This document shows positions 37,601-46,600 of a stretch of DNA of 64,000 nt, in pieces; the stretch's first letter is position 1, and every line of letters starts with the position of its first letter. Below the pieces are notes generated by a model that did no database searches, was not told the DNA's origin, and saw only the letters and a list, made by a program, of their open reading frames with translations. The position numbers and the translations under genes are program-made. Location: positions 186,001-250,000 of the forward strand of contig NW_026782099.1 of assembly GCF_031769215.1 (NCBI RefSeq), in the 5' to 3' direction. This DNA comes from Ylistrum balloti (taxonomy: Eukaryota).

Positions 37601-40600
37601 CCTCACTGTTGAAGAGTGAAGTCTCACTGTGATAAAATCTGCTAGGCCTCCCTGTAAAAGAGTCCGGTCTCACAGGTAAAGTCTGCTAGGCCTCCCTGTA
37701 AAAGAGTCAGGTCTCACAGGTAAAGTCTGCTAGGCCTTCCTGTAAAAGAGTCCGGTCTGTGGTAAAATCTGGTATTATTGTAGAAGACTCAGGTCTCACT
37801 GTGGTAGAGTCTGGTTTTACTGTACAGGAGTCAGTCCTCACTGTTGAAGAGTGAAGTCTCACTGTGATAAAGTCTGCTAGGCCTCCCTGTAAAAGAGTCC
37901 GGTCTCACGGGTAAAGTCAAATTGAAGTGTGGTAGAGTCAGTTAGGTCTCACTGTAGTAGAGTTAGGTCCAACTATAGAAAGGCAGATAGGCCTCACTGC
38001 AGTAGAGTTAGGTCTAACTGTGGAAAGGCAGATAGGCCTCACTGCAGTAGAGTTAGGTCTAACTGTGGAAAGGCAGATAGGCCTCACTGCAGTAGAGTTA
38101 GGTCTAACTGTGGAAAGGCAGATAGGCCTCACTGCAGTAGAGTTAGGTCTAACTGTGGAAAGGCAGATAGGCCTCACTATGGTAGAGTCAGGTCTCACTG
38201 TGTAAGCTAGTCCATACTGCAGTAGAATCAGATCTCACTGTGTTAAAGTCAGCTAGGTCACTGCAGTAGAGTAAAGTTTCACTGTGGTGAAAGGCAGGTC
38301 TCTCTGCAGTAGAGTTAGGTCTCTCTGTGGAAAGGCATTAGGCCTCACTATATTAGTATTGAGGTCTAACTGTGGAAAGGCATGTAAGCCTCCCTTTATT
38401 AGAGTCAGGTCTCACTGTGTAAGCTAGTCCATACTGCAGTAGAGTCAGATCTCACTGTGTTAAAGTCAGCTAGGTCTTGCTGTTGTAGTAAAGTTTCACT
38501 GTGGTGGAGTCAGGTCTCTCTGTGATGCAGTCAGGTCTCTCTGTGGTGGTGACATTAGATTGGTATATTTAGAATTTGAAACTAAAAGCCGTGGACTTTA
38601 AGAGAATGTAAGCACAGAGATTCCCTTTATTAATGTTTGAAAAAGTAGACAAACTGTCAGAGATTGTTTGGCATGAAATTGCTTGAGACAGAAGACAGAC
38701 ACAGAGATTAGGAGAATTGTTAGAGAATTAGACAGATGCCCAGAGATTTACATGAAATTGTTTATTGTACAGAGATTGAAGGCATGGAATTGTTTTAACA
38801 CAGAGATTGTGTGAATTATTAGAGAAAGTAGACAAACTTCAGAGATTGTTTGGCATGAAATTTCTTGAGAAAGAAGACAGATGACAGAGATTGTAAGGCA
38901 TGGAATTGTTAGAGAATTAAGACAGACCACAGAGATTGGCGTTGAATTATTAGAAAAAGTAGACAAACTTCAGAGATTGTTTGGCATGAAATTTCTTGAG
39001 AAAGAAGACAGATGACAGAGATTGTTAGGCATGGAATTGTTAGAGAATTTAGACAGATGACAGAGATTGTTAGGCATGAAATTGCTTGAGAAAGAAGACA
39101 GATGACAGAGATTGTTTGGCATGAAATTGCTTGAGAAAGAAGACAGATGACAGAGATTGTTAGGCATTGGATTGTTAGAGAATTTAGACAGATTATGGAG
39201 ACTGTTTGGTGATAAAGGTCATATGCATTAACACTTTTCAGACAGAAAGCCAAACCAAGTATATGCCTGTCACTCAACTGGTCAACATGCCGGACAAGAA
39301 ACAGCTTAACATGCGGATCACTATGTGTAGAGAAGGCTGCTACCAAGCCTCCGTTTCCTACGGTGACATGAAGCTGAGAAACGGAGATTTTAATATTCTA
39401 GTCATTAACAGTATGTAACGCAAACAGAATATTTAATGATAAAATTCCTTTCAAATAAATCTGGAGAAATTAAATTAAATCAATTTTCATTTTACTCTAT
39501 AATGCTGTCAAATGGAAAGTGGACCATGGTTAAGTGGAAATGTGTTCAAGCTCACACAGTACAAAGTGCTAGTAAGATTTTGGACATGGTATGCTGAAAA
39601 ATTCCTCAATCAGCTTTTATCTTCTATATAAAACTGAGGACTGATATTCGAACAATAGGCATCTGGGTTGGAGTACACTATGTTTTCCTCATATGAATGA
39701 CCTTGACCCGTTTTCAAATCTCATGGGTCAGATTTGATGTTTTTGGCTGGAAAGTCTTTGAGAAGTACGAAGATTTCTCATATAAATGACCTGGGTCTAT
39801 TTTTAAAAGGCACAGGGATCAGATATGTACAGTAACATTTAAATATCTTGTTAAAAAGTTCAAGAAAACCAATATGCACTGGAATGGAGTGCTACAATGT
39901 TTTGGAATATCAATGAGCTTGATTTATGATCAAGCTCACAGGGGTTAAATTGGTGAAAAATTTCAGCTCCAAAAAAACCAAAAAGTGACCCTGAGCTGAG
40001 ACATCTGTTGACATGTAAACATCTATTTTCACATAGCTGTTGTGTGTTGTAGGTGAGGACATGGCTTGTGTCAAAAAGAACATGGCACGCAAGACTCACA
40101 GCATTTGGTACGAGGCCCGACTTCTACAAGGAAACCCATCTTCTGAAGAAAAGGCTAAGAAAGTGTATGTCTATATATCTCCTAAGGTAAATATCCATCA
40201 TATTAACTGAAGATAATGTTTATGTAAATTCTTTAATATCTTGAACTTTGCATATATATCTTAATAGTCAGTCTTATATTGAAATAACTACACTGAACTT
40301 CATACTTTCAATATGTACTTTATACAGGGAAATTTTTCACCTGCATTTTGTTTTTCACAATTTCATCCATGAACAGGGAGGGTGAATTTAAAATGGGGGC
40401 AAAAATTTGTTACACTTATGAGACCCTGTTGTATGAACACTGGGGGCAAAATAAACATGAGGCAGATTTGTTGTGTATTCCTCAAAGTTCAATTATTTAC
40501 ACAATACTTATCTCAGAAGGTCAAATCATTACAGATATCACAACACTGAATGTCAAACATATAACACTTCTGAAGGTATAAAGAATATTATCTCCAAAAG

Positions 40601-43600
40601 TACGACCACCATTTATCAAGGACAAGTGGTCAATAATACTTGCATACTATCAAAATGTCCTTAAAACAGAAATAATTCTGACATGAAGTTAGACATCTAG
40701 AGTGATCTCTTACGTAGATATTCTAAACAATAAATTTATATGGTTCTTATTGATTTGCCGAGCTTGCATAAGTGAAAAAGTCTAAATGATGATTTTTTCT
40801 TACTGTTTTTTAGATCTTAATGTACTAGGCTGATACCTGGTGATTTTGTTTCTGACTGTTTTTTAGATCTTAATGTACTAGGCTGATACCTGGTGATTTT
40901 ATTTCTGACTGTTTTTTAGACCTTAATGTACTAGGCTGATACCTGGTGATTTTATTTCTGAATGTTTTTTAGATCTTAATGTACTAGGCTGATACCTGGT
41001 GATTTTATTTCTGACTGTTTTTTAGATCTTAATGTACTAGACTGATACCTGGTGATTTTTTTTCCAGCAACTAACATTAAAAGAGTATTACCTGAAAATA
41101 ATTGGCAAGAAGCTGTTCACATGGCGAGTTTGTCCATCAACAAAGGTAAAACTTTATTACGAGATCTCAGATATGTTTTTATATACTGCTGAACTGTAAT
41201 ACTACCTATATCCAGGTTATGTACTGTTGTTATGGTAATCAAACATCGACTTGTTTGAATTTTTGGTGCGGCTTATAGATATACCTATTTGATAAAAATG
41301 CTATGGATATACATGTACCTTATGTGTTGGTTACTGTTACCTCAATAGGGATGCTTTGTTCTGTAATGTTTTTAGAAGGAATTTACAAAAGTTGGGGATG
41401 AATTGTGATTTGATTATTAATAAATATGTGTTTGTAGTTTTACTTCAGTGGCCACAATACTCGATATGACCTCCCAGTGATGACAATCTATGACTGCTGC
41501 CAGCCTCCAGTCATTCTAGCGACCAAAGAACGCAGTGTCATAGCAGCTACATTCACCAACTTCTTACTCAGGAATATTGGTAAATAGTTGTCTCCTTTCC
41601 CTTCTTCATTTGTTAGTGGAGTAACTACAGTGTCATATATGTTGATGAGGTCATTGGATCACTCTCTCCTAAAGAATATTTCAGCTGTTAAATTGCTATT
41701 TCTGATAATTGATGTATTTTGTAAGAATTTCTTGTCAAGAGCTGAAAAGCCAGATGAGCTAATTGTCCTGTAATTATAACTCACTTCTTCATTCAAGTGA
41801 CTGTAACTCCTAACCTCTGTTTGACATTTTCATCCCTGCAGGTGGTTCTGAAACATTCCAAGATAAACATGCATATTTTGTCCAGGAAGTAAGAAAACTT
41901 CAGAAAAGAGGAAATGTCACGCTTAAGATAGACCGTTCCAACTTCTTGTATAGTGTAAGTATGGTGAGAACTGAACTTCCAGTTGAGAATGTTATGTTGT
42001 GAGGACAACTACCTGTATTCTGTAATGGTGTGAGAGGATAACATTTTGTATAATCATTTTGTGTAAATATAGGGAGAGAAGATGAGTTTAAGCCTTGATT
42101 ATCTCCCTTTATATACACAGTACTATAGATGAGTTTAAGCCTTGAATATCTCCCTTTATATACAAAGTACTATAGATGAGTTTAAGCCTTGATTATCTCC
42201 CTTTATATACACAGTACTATAGATGAGTTTAAGCCTTGATTATCTCCCTTTATATACACAGTACTATAGATGAGTTTAAGCCTTGATTATCTCCCTTTAT
42301 ATAGATGAGTTTAAGCCTTGATTATCTCCCTTTATATACACAGTACTATATGAGTTTTAACATTATTTTGACCTGGTATATATTGTGTAACATTAATTTC
42401 AAATGTTATTTGATTGATAGATGTGTGTTTTTCAAATAATTAAGATTGTTTTTATAATTTTCTGTCTTCAGTCGTACAAAGCAACAAAAAACTTTGACAC
42501 ATCTGACTGGTACAAGACTTTTCACATTGTCTTTGTTGGGGAGCCAGGTAAGTGGATGTTCTGACACAAGAAAATAACATAAACATTATCAACACTACTT
42601 TTTATTGGTAATGTCGCAGTGTTGACACAGACTGTATCTTAATGTACTTGCTTTTTTATGTCACTAGGGTTAGACTGGGGTGGACTGAGGAGGGAGTGGT
42701 TTGAGATGCTTTGTACAGAGCTGTTTGATCCATCTCGATCAGGACTGTACACACGATTTACAGAAGATTCACAAGGTTTGGTTAGTATCACTCTTGTTTG
42801 ATGTGATTGTCAGTCGACGGACTCAAAAGTCCTAGATGTTATATTTCATCTATTTTTATTCGCAATATGTCATGCCTGAATTTCAACTTTTTCGATGTCT
42901 TCTTCTGATGGAGATGTAGAGTTTCATTAACTGAGGCCTTTCTCTCTTTCTCTTTGCATGTTATTTCAGTAATAAGTTTGGTATTTCTATTGTGATAAGA
43001 ACCTAATTGCTGGTAATATTAGCCTGTCACAATTTTTTGAGATATCCTTTAAAATGATTGTATTACAATTTAACAAATAAAAAATTCATGCTCTCTACCT
43101 GAGAAAGGCCTCTTATACACATGTGTTTGGTTATTTCACAGATTAAATTTTCAGAATCATTTAAATGAACTGCAAATTTTTCAATCAAATTATGCTGTAA
43201 TCAAAATGTATCTTTCAAAAACCTCTGAATGAGAATATTTTAATTTTTACAATTGTAACCTGATCACTATTATTGTTTAAAGGGTTGTGAGTCATTATCC
43301 TTTTTGATTTTGTATTACTTGATAGAAGTGAAACATAGATCTGTTTGATTACCTTCTATGTTCATATCCCGGGTAGGTACAGTGTAGCTTGAAAAAGTGC
43401 GCTCTATATGCGAAAATTTACGGTATTTTGTTGATTCTCACTTTAGTCAATAGCCTTGGAGTCAAGGAAGGAGATAATTAAACTTGAATCACATTGGTTC
43501 AAAAATCCTGCAATGTTAGAGATATATGTAGTGATCTGAAACCTGCTCTCAGTTCTAGGTACAATCCAGTGTAATATTAACTTTGTAAATTACTTTAATG

Positions 43601-46600
43601 TTTTATTATCTCCCTTAGGTACATCCGACTCCTACCTGTCGCAGGAAACAGGAACTGAAGTTGAAGTACTATGAGTTCGCAGGGAAGGTAGTGGGCAAGT
43701 GTTTGTATGACTCAGCCCTGGGCAGTGCCTATAGACAATTAGTTAAGGCCAGATTCTCAAGGTCATTCCTCGCACAACTCATTGGCCTCCAGGTCAACTA
43801 CAAGGTCAGTACATATGTAGAAGGATTTCTGTTATACAAAGTAGTGGTCAGCAATCTCATTTTCAAACAAGTAAAAGCATAGAGGTCATCAAATGGTTAA
43901 TTTTTTTTTAAGAAAAACTAGATCTCAAATATATACTTGTGCTGTTTAGCTTGATGATCTGACTGAGGATGACATGTAATGTATTATCTGGTAATCATGA
44001 ATATGGCTAGTACTTTTATGTTGATGAAGTAGTTTGTTCTTTTTGTTTTAGTACTTTGAGACAGATGATCCTGAGTTGTATAAAACGAAGGTTCAATTTA
44101 TAGACGAGAATGATATAGATGACATGGAGCTGTCATTTTCTGAAGAGGAGTACTCTGATGGACAGCTCCAACGAGTAAGTCTTCTCTAAACCTTATTACA
44201 GTGGTTCTATGATGGACAGCTACAACGGGTAAGTCTTCACTAAATCTCATTAAAGGGGTTCTCTGATGGACAGCTACAATGGGTAAGTCTTCACTAAACC
44301 TCATAAAAGGGGTTCTTTGATGGACAGTTACAACCAGTAAGTCTTCTCTAAACCTCAGTTGAGGTGTTCTGTGATGGACAGTTACAACCAGTAAGTCTTC
44401 TCTAAACCTCAGTTAAGGTGTTCTGTGATGGACAGTTACAAGGGGTAAGTCTTCTCTAAACCTCAGTTAAGGTGTTCTGTGATGGACAGTTACAACGAGT
44501 AAGTCTTCTCTAAACCTCAGTTAAGGTGTTCTTTGATGGACAGTTACAACCAGTAAGTCTTCTCTAAACCTCAGTTGAGGTGTTCTGTGATGGACAGTTA
44601 CAACCAGTAAGTCTTCTCTAAACCTCAGTTGAGGTGTTCTGTGATGGACAGTTACAACCAGTTAGTCTTCTCTAAACCTCAGTTGAGGTGTTCTGTGATG
44701 GACAGTTACAACCAGTACGTCTTCTCTAAACCTCAGTTGAGGTGTTCTGTGATGGACAGTTACAACCAGTAAGTCTTCTCTAAACCTCAGTTGAGGTGTT
44801 CTGTGATGGACAGTTACAACCAGTAAGTCTTCTCTAAACCTCAGTTAAGGTGTTCTGTGATGGACAGCTACAACAGGTAAGTCTTCACTAAATCTCATTA
44901 AAGGGGTTCTGTGATGGACAGTTACAATGGGTAAGTCTTCTCTAAACCTCACTTAAGGTGTTCTGTGATGGACAGTTACAACGAGTAAGTCTTCTCTAAA
45001 CCTCAGTTGAGGTGTTCTGTGATGGACAGTTACAACCAGTAAGTCTTCTCTAAACCTCAGTTAAGGTGTTCTGTGATGGACAGCTACAACGGGTAAGTCT
45101 TCACTAAATCTCATTAAAGGGGTTCTGTGATGGACAGCTACAACGGGTAAGTCTTCACTAAACCTCATTAAAGGGGTTCTATGATGGGCAGCTATAACAG
45201 GTAAGTCTTAACAAAACCTCATTGAAGGGGTTCTCTGATGAACAGCTACAACAGCTAGTAAGTCTTCACGATAGAAATATTGTTATAATAGAGGTATTTC
45301 TGTGACAGGTGGTAGACCTTGTTCCTGGTGGCAGCAGTAAACCGGTGACCAATGAAAACAAGCAGCATTACCTGAACTGTCTGGCTCAGTATAAATTGTC
45401 CAGTAGCATGAAGGATGAGGCTGACCATTTCCTCAAAGGTCTTAACGTCCTCATCCCTGACACACTCCTCAGTATATTTGATGAGAATGAACTAGAGGTA
45501 AGTGATCAGTAACCCCTGTAATATAAAGTTGTAGGAGAATAGCTTAGCCTAGTCAGACATTTTGTTTTCCTAAACCTTATGAGATTATAATGAATAATGT
45601 CATTGACTGTGTCTGATGCGTACAATGTACATATTACTGTCAGTATGATTTATTGAAGGGTTTGTGTTTTGTTCAAGATTATTAAGAAATAATTTCACTA
45701 TCAAACTCAGGTAAATTTAATAACTGCGAAGCTGTTTAATATGTAAAATTAGTCCAAGATTAATTAATAAATAAATTTCATTTCACAATGTGTGTTACAT
45801 AACATTATGGGGAATCATGCATTCATGAACAATATCTTTCCTCATGCAATAGAGACAAATATTATCAATATTTTATGATAGAGGGATGTTATATAGAGTC
45901 CAATATAACAATCACTGAAGATATGTTACTTTGACTGTTACTATCCATATGTTGTATGTTACTATCAATGTTGATATTAGTGTAGCCATTGTTACTATCA
46001 ATGTTACCATAAGTGTAGCCAATGTTACTATCAATGTTACCATTAATGAAGTCAATGTTACTATCAATGATATCATTAGAGTAGCCAATGTTACTATCAA
46101 TGTTACCATTAGTGAAGCCAGTGTTACTATCAATGTTACCATTAGTGTAGCCAATGTTACTATCAGTGTTACCATTAGTGTAGCCAATGTTACTATCAGT
46201 GTTACCATGAGTGAAGCCAGTGTTACTATCAATGTTACCATTAGTGTAGCTAATGTTACTATCAGTGTTACCATTAGTGAAGCCATTGTTACTATCAGTG
46301 TTAAATAAATGTGGCCAATGTAACATTCAATGTTGCTATCAATGTGACTATCAGTGTAGCCAATGTTGCTATCAATTTTAGTATCAGTGTAGCCAATGTT
46401 ACTATCTATTTTACTATCAATTTGATCAGTGTTACTATCAGTGTTTACGTCAATGTGGCCAATGTAACATTCAATGTTGTTATCAATGTGACTATCAGTG
46501 TAGCCAATGTTGCTATCAATGTGACTATCAGTGTAGCCAATGTTGCTATCAATGTGACTATTAGTGTAGCCAATGTTGCTATCAATGTGACTATCAGTGT

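Noticed and set aside
37929-39167. ORFs in the 45-bp arrays
   Set aside because: Periodic translations of minisatellites
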